Assembly: GCF_963921235.1 (NCBI RefSeq)
Contig: NC_086097.1
Coordinates: forward strand, 220,970,001 to 221,034,000
Direction: 5' to 3'
DNA from: Mobula hypostoma
Taxonomy: Eukaryota
DNA: 64,000 nt
The position numbers and the translations under genes were made by a program. Shown piece by piece: positions 48,901-63,673 of the stretch (within the stretch, counting starts at the first letter, position 1; every line of letters starts with the position of its first letter). The notes under the pieces were generated by a model. The model did no database searches. It had not been told where the DNA came from and was given only the letters and a program-made list of their open reading frames with translations.

Positions 48901-50330
48901 TCCCATTCCCCTGCAGATCTAGTTTAAAGCCCCCCCAACAGCACTAACAAACCTCCCTGAAAGGATATTGGTCCCCTTGTAGTTCAAGTGTAACACATCT
49001 CTCTTGTACAGGTCTCACCTGCCCCGGAAGAGATCCCAATGATCCTGAAATCTGAAACCCTGCTCCCTACACCAGTTCCTCAGCCACTTATTCATCCTCC
49101 AGAGCATCCTATTCCTACCCTCACTGGCACGTAGCACAGGTAGCAATCCTGAGGTTACCACCCTCAAGGTCAAGCTTTTCAACTTCCTACCAAGCTCTCT
49201 ATACTCACTCTCCAGGACTTCCTCACTCTTCCTTGCTATGTCATTGGTACCGATGTGCACCACGACATCTGGCTGATCACCCTCCCACTTCAGAATGTCA
49301 TGCAAGCGATCAGAGACATCCTTGACCCTGGAACCCGGGAGGTAACAAACCATCCTGGATTCTCTGTCACGACCACAGAACCTCCTATCTGTACCTCTAA
49401 CTATCGAGTCCCCTATCACTACTGTTCTCCTCTTTTTCCACCCTCCCTTCTGCACTGCAGAATCAGACTCAGTGCCAGAGATCTGGCTGCCGCAGCTTGT
49501 CCCAGGTAAGTCATCCCCCACCCTGCAACAGAATCCAGTGCGGTATACTTGTTGTTGAGGGGAATGGCCACAGGGGAACCCTGCTCTGCCTGCTCTTTCC
49601 TCTTCCCTCGCCTGAAAGTGACCCAATTTCCTGTGCTCTGCTCCTTTGGCGTAACTATCTCCCTGTAGCTACTACCTATAATCTCCTCATTCTCCCAAAT
49701 GATCCGCAGGTCATCCAGCTCCTGCTCCAGTTCCCTAATGCGGTTTGTTAGGAGAGGCAGCTGGATGCACTTCTTGCAGGTGTCATTGTCAGGGACATCG
49801 GAGGGCTCCCTGACATCCCACATCCTGCAAGAAGACCATTCCAACATCCTGCCTGGCATTCTCTCTATTCTAAGCCAACTGGACAAAAAAAAACTTACCG
49901 GAACCTACCCTGGCCTCTGCCTGTTCTCGCCGAAGCCTGTTGAGCCAAAGCCATCCCACTCTGCTCCTTCTCACTCCACTGCCCGCTGTATATGGTGGTT
50001 TCTTTTTAAATGTTGGCGCGCTATGTTATGCGCCTGCGCAGTGCAGACCCTTCTGCCCGAGCAGTGTTTTAAAAAAAAGACTTTTTCTAACCGATTTCTT
50101 CACTCCCTTCTTCTCAGCTGCTTGCGTCAACTGAAACAAGAACTGTTGAAAATTCCTCTTTTTAAACCTTGGCACGCTACGGCGCACATCTGCGCAGTGC
50201 AGACCCTTCTCCCCAAGCAGTGTTTAAAAAAAAAGACTTTTTCTACCAGATTTCTTCACTCCCTTCTTCTCAGCTGCTTGCTTCGACTGAAGCAAGAACC
50301 GTTGAAAATTCCTCTTTTTAAATTGATTTA
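45916..50330 (-). mobile_element. Near-full-length CR1 LINE (5' UTR, ORF1 zinc finger/leucine zipper + SGNH esterase, ORF2 APE-RT), copy-B-specific, in intron 1
   Basis: ORF1 CKKC..L..LEQEL, VIGDSIVRG, VVHIGTND. ORF2 ISETW, GDFN, KAFD, VPQGSVLGP, FADD with a few stops and frameshifts. Candidate TSD GTGTT at 45911-15 and 50331-35. Absent in copy A (about 5060). Confidence 0.93.
50001..50322 (-). promoter_or_regulatory. Two tandem monomers of about 156 bp at the CR1 5' end, with TGCGCA/NRF1-like sites
   Basis: ctgcgcagtgcagaccc at 50034 and 50190. TGCGCCTGCGCA at 50029-50040. Confidence 0.55.
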
Positions 50331-53300
50331 GTGTTGATTTAGTGTCCCCAGTTAGTACCTGCTCACCAGAGTTACTGACGATTGGAAATTGTTGAGAGTT
50401 AGGAAAGTTGTGCTGAATCACTCAGTGTTGATGGACCAACATGTTTTGTACATGGACCCGGCAGATATAGGTCATTATTCATCTTTCCACATGGCTTACT
50501 TAATTTTTTATTGCAACTTATGTCTTGCACTGTGCTGCTACTACAAAACAAATTTCATGACACATGTCAGTGATAATAATCCTGATTCTGATTCAATTGT
50601 ACATGAAGCTCAAAGGATCACATGCAAAAATGGTAATACTATCACAGCGCCATCAACACAGGTTCAATTCCTACCACTGAATGTCTCACCACATTCTCCC
50701 TATGACTGTGTGGGTAGGTTTCCTCCCATATTTCAAAGGTGTACAGGTTAGTTTAATTAGTCACATGGGTGTAATTGGTCAGCACGGGCTTGTTGGCGCT
50801 GAAGGGCCTGTTACTGTGTTGTATTTCTAAATAAATAAAGAAAAATCTGCTCTGGATAATAATTATAGACAAAAGTCTTTCTTTCACTTTGGCCAGAAAG
50901 AGCTACAGTTTACATACAAATCAGTGAATTCAAATGAATCAAGGACAGTGGAAGTAGACAAACGAATTGTCTTTGTTCTTGCCATGAAGTTGCAGGAATG
51001 GAAGCTGCCATTTTGTGAAGCTGGTCTGCATCCTCCGTTTTGTGAAATGGCTTTGCTTGGTTGAATCAGTGTTTTAAAGCAGAGACAATGATGCTCCAGG
51101 AAATATGCAGGACTAGAGATCATTTCCAAATAGAAAGTTATTTGTGATGTGTTCTTTGCTATGATATAACATGCAGTTTTTTGAATGATGAGGTCTGAGT
51201 GATTTGAGCTGGTTACTGGTTTGGTAACTGATTTAGAACAAGAAGCCATAAATTACCAGGTGTCTCTTGTGGAAGTGGGCAATAAATGGATGCTGGCTTG
51301 GACCAAAGCCAATAAGAAGGTGATATAGGTCACTCAGATGACCCACGGCCAACAAGACTGAAATGTGACTCTTGAACTAGTAAGAAAAGTGTATAAAAGC
51401 AAAGGCTTCGAATGCAAAGTGGAGACAACTCTCCAGAGACCAACCATCACATGGAGATCAGAGCAGGACCATGAGGAATGAATGGCCAGCATAGACTCCT
51501 TTTACTGTCATTTCCTTTTTCTATTCTTTGACTCTTCATGGAGGCTCAGGAAAATGAAGTAGGTGTGCATAGAGGTGTTCTGTTGTGCAATACACTTCTG
51601 TTGAGATAGTAAAGGTACTTGGCAAAAATTACAGATTCTCTCTATGCCTCTCTGATCATTGTTACTAAGGGGTAGATCCTTGTAACAACCTCAAGGTTAG
51701 ATCAAGGTCATGGGCAAGTCATGATCATCAGGGTGATGACATCATGTTTGTCATTAGATACTGGGGCTATTAGCATTGTGATATTGCTGTTGGATTGAAT
51801 GAGTAGCTGGTGTTGTGTAGGAAGTGAGAATCAGTTCTGGTGGAGATGCTGCTGCTAGGTTTGCCTACAAGAGGATCCTGTCAATGATTGCCAGGATAAG
51901 CATCTGATCTGGTGAATGAATTTGAGACAATATTAACTTGACTGAGTTAAGCTCCAATTAACACCCTGCAACTGTTTTTATGCCAGCTACCATAATGTAC
52001 ATTGAAAATGTTTGAAGTGTTTAATTTGATGCCGTTTTGCCATTCACTAAATTATCAAAAAATGCAATGATAAATTCAACTTTCACCTTCACTAGACTCA
52101 TGTCTGTCTTTACCTCCTTTTCTTCCCTGTCTGTAATTTGTCATATTGGTTATCTGACATCAAGGATGAGCAGAACTTTGTCAGGGAATTGGAAAGATAG
52201 CAACAGAAATAGAGAACTAAGTTTCCCTGACATCACCATTAGTTTAACTTCCAGTGAATATGGTTCTGGTACACTCAATCTCCCTTCCTATCAATAACCC
52301 ATTATCAGAGGGTCTTGGTTGGTGAATTGTTGTTATACTGACATGTATGCTCCTAATGAAGATAAAATATAGATTCTAGATACAGTGTCTGAAATATTCG
52401 AAGTACTCAAAGAATGTATAAATTACACAAGCTTGATTTGTTTGCTTACAGGCAGTTGCAAAGCAAGGAACCTGAAAAAAAGCAGTTTTTGAAACAAGAC
52501 CAACCCCCAATGTGCACATAGAAAGAGAGACAAAAAATCATGCAAACAATAGAACTGAGCAACAACAACAGTATTCCGAACCAAATTGAGTCCTGAGATG
52601 CCAATCCCCAGTGCAGCCCCGAGTAAGGCCAAAGTTGATTCAGTTCATCAGATTAGCCGGGCAAATCACTGCAAAGTTCGCAGACGTGAAGCACAGCAGC
52701 CAGGGGCAGTTTCACAGCCGGAGCATCGTGGAGAGGGGAGTCCCCAGTCTATCTGGGCTGGTGTTTAAATTGTCTGAACACAGATCACACCTCACACTAG
52801 GACCTGAGCCTCATCACGGTGGATTGCTTTGGGCCTAGGTTTTGTTGCCAAAGAATCTGTTCTTGAGCTCTCCAGATTGGCTCGGCACTTGGAGCGATCC
52901 ACCCTCGCACCCAGGCCGGCTGGAACTCTTCATCAGCTCAGGCAACTTTTGTGGAAAGGGAAATGGGTAACATTACAGGACCCATCATCAGGACCAGGAA
53001 AGAAGAAAGAAAAACAAAATTAGTTTTGTTAGCTGTGAGGTGGTGGATGTCTGGACAGAACAACGGGAATGTATTTGATATGTTGAGACCAGATGACTGA
53101 ATGTGACAGTTAAGTAGTAATTAAAATCAAATTAAGCTTTTTATTTTGAGTCCTTGAGGCCCTCTGCTGGGCTCAGCCATGGATGTTGCATCCCAGCTGC
53201 CCAGGTGATACGCAAGCCAGGGCAGTACAATATGGAGAACGATCTGCTGCCCATGCAGCAGGCTCCCCCTCTCCGCACAGCTGATACAGCAGAGACCGAT

Positions 53301-54123
53301 ACGGTTCGGCACCAGCGGCCCCACAGAAGTTGCCAGTCAGCATTGAACTCGAGCTAGCACTGACTAAGAGACTTCAGCTCCAGATTTTTCCTCTGGGTTT
53401 ACTCTCAGAGCCTTCCCCAAGAATGGGTATAGCCACAAGGCAGCAGAGGTTTGAGATCAGAGTTTTCCTTCTCGTAGGTGAGGTGTCAACCATGGCCGAT
53501 GAGCCCTAAATGATTGGTTTTAAGGTGCCAGTAACTCACCTTTGCCCCTTCCCCTGCCAGCAGAAATGGTTCTGCCAGGCTTAGCAGCTAAGCCACACGT
53601 GAAGGCCGGGAGCTGGGCTTGATTGTTAGAGGCCATTTGAGATGCAGACCATTGGGAGCATTTAATAGGCAGTGGGAGCTTCTCCCCACTACCGCCCCTG
53701 TCCAAAACAACCTAGCAGAACCATTCTTTCTAATGTGTTCTTAATGGCAAGATTGTGGAGCATACATGTGTTCTGTTTCATTTGTTTATTCTGATTCCCT
53801 GCAATATTTACATTATAAAAATCTGTTGCCCTACACAGCCCTTCTTAATCTATCAAATCCTATATTTAATAATATATTCTGAATAATTACAGAATCTGTT
53901 TTTCTTTAATAACATCCAGAAGCTCTGGTAGTTTTGTTTTGGACATGATTCTAAATTCTTTATTTCAAATCCTTTAAATGTAAAGCACATTACATTAGTT
54001 GTCAGCATGAAAATTTAATGCTTTTCATTGCACCTGTGCACTTATGTACCTGTGCTTATGACAATAAACTACACTTTGGCTTTTGGACTTTGTTAAAAAA
54101 TACTTTTCTCCTTGTTTTTAAAG

Positions 54124-54311
54124 GTTTATAGAGGCACTTAAATATGGATACAAGGCAGCATTCAAAAAAGAGGAGACCACCTTGCTTGCCATATACTCAG
54201 CTACAGATTTAAGCATGTTACGATTGTTTGAGGCATTTTTGGAAGCAGCACCTCAACTTGTTCTTCAGGTCTTTATTCTGCTGATATGGGATGATAGAGA
54301 AAATATTCAGT
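54124..54311 (+). CDS. XKR9: XK-related protein 9, copy B, coding exon 2
   Basis: Paralog of 8045-8232. AG acceptor at 54122-54123, GTAAGT donor at 54312, open frame. Confidence 0.92.
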
Positions 54312-56624
54312 GTAAGTTTACTTTTATTAAACCTGTTATTGCTGTTACGTACCATTGTTTAAAATTGGTTTATGAATTAAACAGTGGATTTTCCTGGGTC
54401 TAAGCACAGTTGGTCCCTGTGCTATATTCTACAGTCCTGTCTCATGGTTCTCCTTTGATACACCAAAAGTTTCATGTTGGCAGCTATAAATTTACCAATA
54501 TCTAAATAATTTTCCAATTTGCCTTATACCTTAATAATTCAGTACAGCTTTTGTGTTCTTCTATATTGGTGTATTTTATTTCTGGCACTTGGTAAGAAAT
54601 GAATGCAGCTTAGAGTGGCAACTGACTCTCCATTCCTGGCTCCTGGAATTGAAGCAGTAATGTTTTAGTTTATGTTTGAGAAGATTCAAGTCTCAGCATG
54701 TGACTTGTCCTTATCACTTAGGTAGAGCAATAGCAAACTTTTTGTATTTTATTAATGGGACATGGGTACAGGTAGCAGAGTCAGCACTTATACCAACTTG
54801 AGTTACCCCTGAGAAGCTCATGTTCAACTGCTTAACAAATGTATTCAGTATTGTTGGAGCAGCACCCATCCCAGCAATTGGAGAGCATTTTCATCACATG
54901 TCTGACTCGTGCCTTGTGGAAGATGGAAAAGCTTTGTCTGAGGAAGTGAAACACTTGCTAGATGATACCTAACCTTTAGCCTGCTCTTGTGGCATGTCAC
55001 TTGTATGTCTAGTCTAGATGAGTTTCTGATCAAAGCCATTCTGAGGTGGGTTGTCAGTGATGCCAGTTACATCGAACATCAAGGGTAGGTGGTTCCACTC
55101 TCTTGTTGAAGATGGTTGTAGCCTGGCGTTAGTACTGGTAAATTTAACCTGTCACTTCTCGGCTTCTGCCTGAATGTCTAGAACTTGCTGTGTGCAGGCA
55201 GTTATTGGGGAGTTGCAAATGGAATTGTACATTGTGCAATCATTAGTAAATATCCATATCCCTGAGCCTATCATGTGAGGAAAGTTATTGATGATTGGGT
55301 CAAATAAACTCCCCAGAGGAACTCCTGCAGTGATGTACTGGGTTAAGATAATTGATCTTCAACTACAGCCTTTCAACTTTGGCTTGTGAACAGCTTTCCT
55401 CTTAATTCTAACCGATTTACCTGGGTTATTTAATACCATACCCTCTTAAATTCTGCCTTTATGTCAAGAACAGTTATTGTCACCTCGTCTTTGGAATTCT
55501 AATCATTTGTATGTACAAACTTGGATTGGTTCTGTAATGTGGCCTCAACAGAATGTACAGGTTGTTGTGGAATAAATGCAGTTGGATCAATTAGTTAACA
55601 AAACTTTCAATATTTTTTTCTTAATGAGTGTGCCCAGGCAAATGCCATGATAATTATTTGTCAGTTGTCAGTTCATAGCTGATTGTTCTATAGAGAATTC
55701 CATTTATGATACAGGCACAACATGGTGGCTAGTACACTGACGTTCTGGGGCCAATGAAATGATGTAATTTTGTTGTAATATTAAATGTTTCAATCAAGTT
55801 TTCTGCAACAATTTTTTTAGCTGTCACAGATGTTCTTGATATAAATACATATGGAGTGCAGACTCAGTTTCAAAAAAGGGTTTTCCCAGAAAACATTCAC
55901 TTCAAGACAAAGATTGATTGCAGTTTACAATGTGGATGGGGATTATCGGATTAGTGGTATCCTCTCCAGGCCTTTTTCATGGCAACTGATATCATTTATT
56001 TGGTAGAGTCTGGCTCGATGGGTGTGCTGGCATTGGAGAGGGTCCAGAGGTAGTTTACAAGGATGATCCTGGGAATGAAAGGGTTGATGTATGAGGAGTG
56101 TTTGATGACTCTTGGCCTGTACTCGTGGAGCATTGAAGAATAATAGGGGATCTTATTGTAACCTATTGCATATTGAAAGGCCTAGGTAGAGTGGATATGG
56201 AAAGGATGTTCCTAGAGTGGGGGAGTCTAAGACCTGAGGGCACAGCCTCATAATACAAGGATGTCTCTTTAGAACAGAGATAAGGAAGAATATGTTTAGT
56301 CAGAGGGTGGTGACTCTGTGGAATTCATTAGCACAGACTGTTGAGAAGGCCAAGTCATTGGTTATATTTAAAATGGAGGTTGAGTGTTTTTTGATTAGTA
56401 AGGGCATCAAAGGTTATGGGGAGAAAGCAGAAGAATGGGGTTGAGAGGGATAATAAATCAGCCATGATGGCAGAATAGACTTGATGGGCTGAATGGCCTA
56501 ATACTGCTCCTCTGTTTTATGGTTTATCATCATTGCTTTTTCCTTTTATTTTTTAATCCCTTTATGATTAAATACAGTAAATTAGCTACTCTGCACTCTC
56601 ACTTTCACTGAGAGGGTGAAAGAG

Positions 56625-59064
56625 CTCTGCTCTTGATAGGGTGACTGAGAGCATCTTTCACCCTCAACAACTTTCAATTCTCTCTCGCTGACCGCCTCAT
56701 TTTTGCCATGGATATCCATGTACACTTCTATCGCCCATCCAGAAGGCCTTAAAACTCTCCGCTTCTTTCTCAGCTCAAGACCCAACCAGTTCCCCTCCTC
56801 CACCATCCTCCTCCACCTGATAGTACTGGTCCTCACCCTCAACAATTTATCCTTCTACTCTTCCCACTTTCTCCAACCTCAATGGGTAACCATGTGCCCC
56901 AGCTGTGCCTGTCTTTTTGTTGGCTGTATAGAGCAATCCCTGTTCCAAGCCTTCCCTGGTAATGCTCTCGGTCTTCCTGCACTACACTAATGATTGCATT
57001 GGTGCTGCTTCATGCACCCATGCTGAGCTTGTCAATTTAATCTATTCTGCCTTCAGCTTCCACCCTGCCGTTAAATTCACTCAATCCATTTCTGGCAAGT
57101 TCCTCCCCTCCCTCAGTCTCTCTGTCTCCATCTCTGGACACAAACTGTCTACTGACATCTTTTATAAACCTTCCAATTCCCATGGATATCTTCACTATAT
57201 CTCTTCCCACCATATCGCTTGTAAAATGGTATTCCCTTTTCTCAGTTCCTTTGTCTCAGCTGCATCTGTTCCCAGGATGAGGCTTTCCTTTCCAGGACAT
57301 CCAAGATGTCCTCCTTCAAAGAACGGGATTTTCCTACCTCCACCATTGATGCTGCCCTCAACCGCATCTCCTCCAGTTCCTTTACATCTGCACTCACCCC
57401 ATCTTCCCAGGGCTTCAACAGTGATAGAGTTCCTCTTGTTTTCATCTACCACCCAGCGAGTCTCCACAACTTCTGCCATCTTCAACAGGATCCTACGATC
57501 AAAAAAATCTTTATCTCCCTCATCCCCACCATTCTCCACTTTCCACAGTGATTGCTCCTTCCATGATTGGCCTGTCCGGTCATCCCTCCCCACTAATCTC
57601 ACACCTGCCACATATCCCTGCAAATGACAGAAATTCTACACCTGCCCATTCACCTCTTCCCTTGCCATCATTCAGGGCCCCAGGCAGTCCTTCCAGGTGA
57701 GGTAACAGCCGGTAGCTACCCACCCTAATTCCTGTCTTCAATCCTGTTCTGACATGTTCTTCCTCTTCTTCAATGACAAGGCCACTCTCAGAATGCAGGA
57801 GCAACACCATAAGACAGGAGCAGAATTAGGCAATTTTGCCCATTACATCTGCTCTGCCATTCCATCATGCTGATTTATTATTCCTTTCAACCCCATTCTC
57901 CTGCCTTCTCCACAAAATCTTTCATACCGTGACTAGTCAGGAACCTATCAACCTCTGCCATAAATACACTGAATGACCTGGCCTCCATAGCCACCTGTGA
58001 CAATGAGTTCCACACCACAGATTCACCACTGTCTGGCTAAAGTAATTCCTCCTCATTTCCCTTCTAAAGGGACGTCCCTCTATTCTTAGGATCTGTGCTC
58101 TGGTCCTAGACTCCCCCACTACAGGGAACTTCCTCTCCATATCCCCTCTATCTAGGCCTTTTAACATTTGATAGGTTTCAGTGAGATTCCCCCTTTGTTG
58201 TTCTAAATTCCAGTGAGTATAGGCCCAGAGCCATCAAATATTCCACATACAGTATGGTAAGCATTTCATTCCTGGAGTTCTTCTCGAGAACCTCCTTTCA
58301 ACCCATTCCGATGTCAGCACATCCTTTCTTAGATAAGGGGGCCAAAGCTGCTCACAATACCCCAACTGAGGCCTCATCAGTGCCTCATTAAGCATTATAA
58401 CCTTGATTTTATATTTTAGTCATCTCAAAATGAACGCTAGCATTGCATTTACCTTCGTCATCATGGACTCAACCTGCAAGTTAACCTTTAGCGAATCTTA
58501 CACGAGGACTCCTAAATCCCTTTGCATTTTGGATGTTTGAATTTTCTCCATATGTAGATAATAGTCTAAGCTTTTATTCCTTCAATGAAACTGCATGACC
58601 ATACACTTCCTGACACTACTCCATCTGCCACTTCTTTGCCCATTCTCCTAATCTAAGTCATAGAAACATAGAAGACCTACAGCACAATACAGGCCCTTCA
58701 GCCTACGATGCTGTGCCGAACATTTACTAACTTTAGAAATTACCTAGGGTTATCCTCTATTTTCCTAAGCTCCATGTACTTATCCAGGAAACTCTTAAAA
58801 GACTCTATCGTATCTGCCTCCACCACCGTCGCTGGCAGCCCATTCCATGCACTGACCACCTCTGCGTTTAAAAAAAATCTTACCCCTGACAACTCCTCTG
58901 TACCTACTTCCAAGCACTTTTATAGCTCCTCTAAACTTTCTCTACTTCCTCAAAGTTACCTGCCTATCCACATGTCCTCATTGTCTGCAAACTTGGCCAG
59001 AAATCCATCAATTCCATCCTTCGAATCATTGACATGTAAAAAGAAGCAGTCTGAACATCGACCT
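56625..59064. mobile_element. Copy B paralog of the Penelope RT remnant plus nested CR1 (12740-14873)
   Basis: ORFs 56703-56990 and 56962-57627 match the PLE RT ORFs of copy A. Keeps about 240 bp that copy A lacks. Confidence 0.75.
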
Positions 59065-61581
59065 TTATTTTCCCCCCTGGGTTTTTGACTGTTCATGAAG
59101 GGCCAGGGAAACCTCATGGATATGCACGCTGTTAGTTTGCAAATGAATATGCTTGCTAATTGAGACAATAAAGGTACTTGTCAATGAATACAGATTTTCT
59201 CTGTGCCTAACTGATCATTATGGTTGAGGGTTAATCCTTGTAACTGTCTGTTTTGAAACTTGGTGCATGTGAGAATTATAGCTAAATCTTTATCTTAAAG
59301 CAGCTGATTGTTTCTGTAAACCACCACCCTCTTCCTCATCTGATTGTGGATCAGCATTTTTGACCTGACCTGACCATCAGTGTCCTTAACGTCTTTCCCC
59401 TGACCACTTCCATGATATTCTGGACCCGTGACTTGCTGTTCTTCTTTCTTTGCCTTTTGGTGTCGCACCACCCACTCAATATGCTCTTTCAGGTATGTAC
59501 TGGAGAATTTCATGGTCATATATTTTATGCATGGATCAGCACGTGTTCCTTTGCTGATGGTGCAACTCTGACTAAGGAGGTGAAACTCTGCATTTGCTGA
59601 TGTGAGCCTTATACTGCTAAGGACAAAGGCTGTCTGTACATGAAAACCAGGTATGACTTGTGGAGGGCTATTTCGAGAGCTAAGAAACAGTTCCTTCAAA
59701 GGGAGGATAAAATTACAGTATGGGGATCCCTGAAGCACCCAGTGACCCTGCGATCTCTGTCTCGGAGGCTGACGTCGGACTGTCTTTCAAGAGGGTGAAC
59801 CCTTGCAAGGTGACAGGTCCCAATGGAGTACATGTTAAGGCTCTGAAAACATGTGCCAGCCAACTGGTGGTGCTTCAAAGATAGTTTCACTCTCTCATTG
59901 CTACAGTCAGAAGTTCCCACCTGCTTCAAAAAGGCAGCAATTATATCAGTAAGCAAGAAGAGCAGTGTGAGCTGCCTTAATGGCCATTGTCCAGTATCAC
60001 TCACATCTATACTGATAAGGTGCTTTGAGAGGTTGGTTATGTCTATAATCAACTCCTGTCTTAGTTTGCCTATTGCCAAAATAGCAATACGGTCGACACG
60101 ATCTCACTGACTCTCCACGCAGCCTTGGATCATCTGGACAATATAAATACCTATGTCAGAATGCTGTTTATTGACTACATTTCAACATTTAACACCATCA
60201 TTCCTATAGTCCTGATCGAAAAGCTCCAGAACCTGGGCCTCTGTACCCACCTCTGTAACTGGATCCTCGATTTCCTAACTGGAAGAACAAAATGTGTATA
60301 GATTGAATATAACATCTCCACCTCACTTACAATCAATACTGGCACATCTCAGGGATGTGTGCTTAGAACACTGCTCTACTTCCTCTGTACCCATGACACA
60401 CACAGCTCAAATGCCATCCATAAATTTGTTTACAATACAACCTTTGTTGGCAGAATCTCAGGTGATGATGAGGCGGTGCACATCAGATGGAGTTGAGAGG
60501 GCGTACAGGAGTGAGATATACCAACTAGTTGAGTGGTGTCACAGCAGAAAACTTGCACTAAATGTCAGTAAGACCAAAGAACTGATGGTGGACTAAAGAA
60601 AGGGTAGGATGAGGAAACACACCAATCGTCATAGAGGGAGCAGAAGAGGAGAGAGTGAACAATTTCAAGTCCCTGGGTGTCAATATCTCTGAGGACCTAA
60701 GCTGGACCCATCATATCTATGCAGCCATAATGGCAAGATAGTGGCCATATTTCAATGGGTGTTTGAGGAGATTTTGGTATGTCGCCAAATTTCTGCAGAT
60801 GTACCATGGAGACCATTCTAACTGGCAGTATCACCATCTGGTATTGTGGGGTGGGGGTGGTGCAGCGCCTTAGGATGGAAGTAAGCTGCAGAGAGGTGTA
60901 AAATTGGTCAGTGTCACTGTGGGTACTAGCCTCCTTAGTATCCAGGACATCTTCAAGGAGCAGTGCCTCAGACAGGTGGTCCATCATTAAGGACCCCCAC
61001 CACCCACATGTCCTCTTCTCATTGCCATCTGGAGGGAAGTAAAGAAGCCTAAAGGCACACACTCAACGATTCAGGAACAGTTTATTTCCCTTTGCCATCT
61101 GATTTCTGAATGGACATTGAACCCATGACCACTACCTCACTAATTTCTTATTTCCTATTTTTTGCACAACTTATTTAATTTATCTAATATATACTTACTG
61201 TAATTCAGCTTTTTCTCTATTATGTACTGCTGTAGAAAGTTAACAAATTTTACAATACATACTGTGACATTAAATCTGATTCTTCACTTGAGTTGTTAAC
61301 TAAATCCATAGTGGCATTGGTCTTACTCAACTTTGCTCATCAATTCCTAACTCACCTTGCTGCAATTCAACATCATCCTGACAATAATTTAATAGTATAT
61401 TAAATGCTAGATGAAAGCATAGTGAGTGATGATAACACACTATGAAACATTTTTGTATTTTCTCAGAATGTACAATGACAGAAGTTATAGAGTGCGAAAG
61501 ATTGCAGTTTATTAATAATTAGTATTGAAATTCTGAAAGATACTGAATTATATTTGACACTGTGTTCCTTTTCTTTTGCAG

Positions 61582-62318
61582 ATGTGTCTGTGATTTTGTC
61601 ATGCATGAGCATTTCATGGGCTACTTTGGACTACTATGCAGCACTAAAGAAATCTTTACCTGACCACTCAACACTAATTTGTGGATTCCCTTATTTGCTG
61701 TACTTCTTCTATAAGTTGTTGACACTAAATGCAAGAATTTTGCTCATAACCCTTCTGACTACGATTAATATCAACATTATGATTGTCTACTTGTTTGTTT
61801 CATGGCTGATCATGATCATCTGTGTCTGTGTGCAGAAGACCAAGTTTTGTTCATCCAAAATCCAGGAAGGCATTTACCGGGCAGTGGTTGCCATCATCTT
61901 AGTTTTCACCTTTTTCAACATAAAAGATAAGAACACGAGAATAATTATGCCGATCTATTATGTATTTAGATTTGTTGAAACTGTTGCAGTACTTGCCATC
62001 TGCTGGCTTCTGAAGGATTTTATAGATGTTAAAAACTACAGTCTCCCTGTTGGTTTTACCATTGTGTTCTCACTAATTCTAGGGATCATTTGTCTTGTAC
62101 TGTACTACAGTTGTTGCCATCCAACTGGTAGAGACTTTAATCATACTGACAATGCAGTACAATTACCCCTATCTTGTGATGAAATTGATGGATACTCAAC
62201 TGAAAAAAATTCAACAATTATACTGAAGAATAAAAATGAAAGTAGCATTATGATAAATTCAGCAGATACTAAATCTGGAAATATAAATTATAGAATAAAA
62301 AAATGTTTAAGCATTTAA
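61582..62318 (+). CDS. XKR9: XK-related protein 9, copy B, coding exon 3 (stop TAA)
   Basis: Paralog of 19684-20420, same length, intact frame, CDEIDG retained. Confidence 0.93.
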
Positions 62319-62933
62319 TTTTGAATAAACCAACACTGGAATGAACTTGACTCTCCTCTACAGATGGAAGTTGTTATATTTGGTGTTTAAAAAAAACATT
62401 TTACACATCATCATTTTTCCATTGGATTGTATTTCTAATTTATAAGGTATATAATCCATAGATGGAAAATGAACAAGTTTTTAAAATGAAGCTCTACCTG
62501 TCAATTTAGGCATATGTTATATGCATCGTTTACGAAATAACAGGGAGCTTTCTGGACAGCAAGGGCTAAAGTAACTCTTTGCTCAACCAAGGTAAACAAC
62601 TGACGGTTGCTCATCTCATTTTGGGATCTTGTGTAGCATTTCTTTGCATAATAATCAAAGCATGGTGACAGGTAACTGGAAAATGAAATGCTTTGCAATA
62701 TGGCAATGTGCTAAATAAATGCAATTCAAAGGATGGTGGCAATCCATTTAATAGATTATAAATACCCTTCTGCTGTTAATTTTGAATAGAGATCACAAAT
62801 ATGCTTTAGAATTGATAAGCTGTAAATATAATTTTTAGTGGCCATGCAAAGTACAAACACAGGTAAAGGTGCAATTTTCCACTGTGGCTGCTTTGAATCT
62901 GTACAGAAAACCTATTGTTTTTTTTTTAAAGTA

Positions 62934-63087
62934 CAGGTCGACCTTCACTAATCCGACTAACTGTAATTCGGTTCCTTCGATAATCCAGCACTGATTACGC
63001 TTAATGTGATCCTTCTGTAATTCGGCATTTTCATTAACCCAGCACTGCTCAGATCCCAATGGTGCCAGATAAGTGAAGGTCGGCCTG
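62934..63087. mobile_element. Tigger-like MITE, copy B
   Basis: Paralog of 22562-22715, TA flanks. Confidence 0.85.
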
Positions 63088-63616
63088 TATTCTGACTTTA
63101 TTGTACAATGTTATTATCAGCACCACTGAAATAATAATTTATTTTAATAAACAAGAAAGTAAAACTTGAATATTGCAAATATGTTTGGTCTGAAGTAGAG
63201 ATTTAAAAATGAACTGGAAAATAAGTAGCCAAATGAAGAGGTAAATTTAGCAAATAATGAATAAAATAATACCATGCATCACAGAGTTCTCTCTCCAATC
63301 AGTCAGAAAGCTATTTAGTGGTTGGAATTTTGAATTGACTTACCAATTTCTCACCAGTCGTTTAAATAAATATGAATAGAAATCAAATATATTTTGGGAT
63401 TAGAATCACTATTCTTTTAATTATTATCATCAGTAGGAGCCTCATATCTATTTTCTGTCTGTATTTTATTTTGTGTTGTGCATTTATTATGGGTAGTTTG
63501 TCACATGATTGAGGCATGATAGGTGTGAAGAGTATAGTCGTGTGTTCATGCTTTGTCTTCAGTGCAGTTTTTAGTCTAGGTTAGAACCAGAGGCAGTTAG
63601 AAAGATATAACTCATA

Positions 63617-63618
<2 letters not shown>

Positions 63619-63649
<31 letters not shown>

Positions 63650-63673
63650 GTGTATGTGTGTATGTATATGTGT
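63619..63673. repeat. (GT)n microsatellite
   Basis: Direct reading. Confidence 0.95.

Noticed and set aside
49699..50331. 210-aa plus-strand ORF with an internal repeat
   Set aside because: Antisense reading of the CR1 ORF1 start and 5' UTR monomers; 156 bp is divisible by 3, which explains the repeated peptide.
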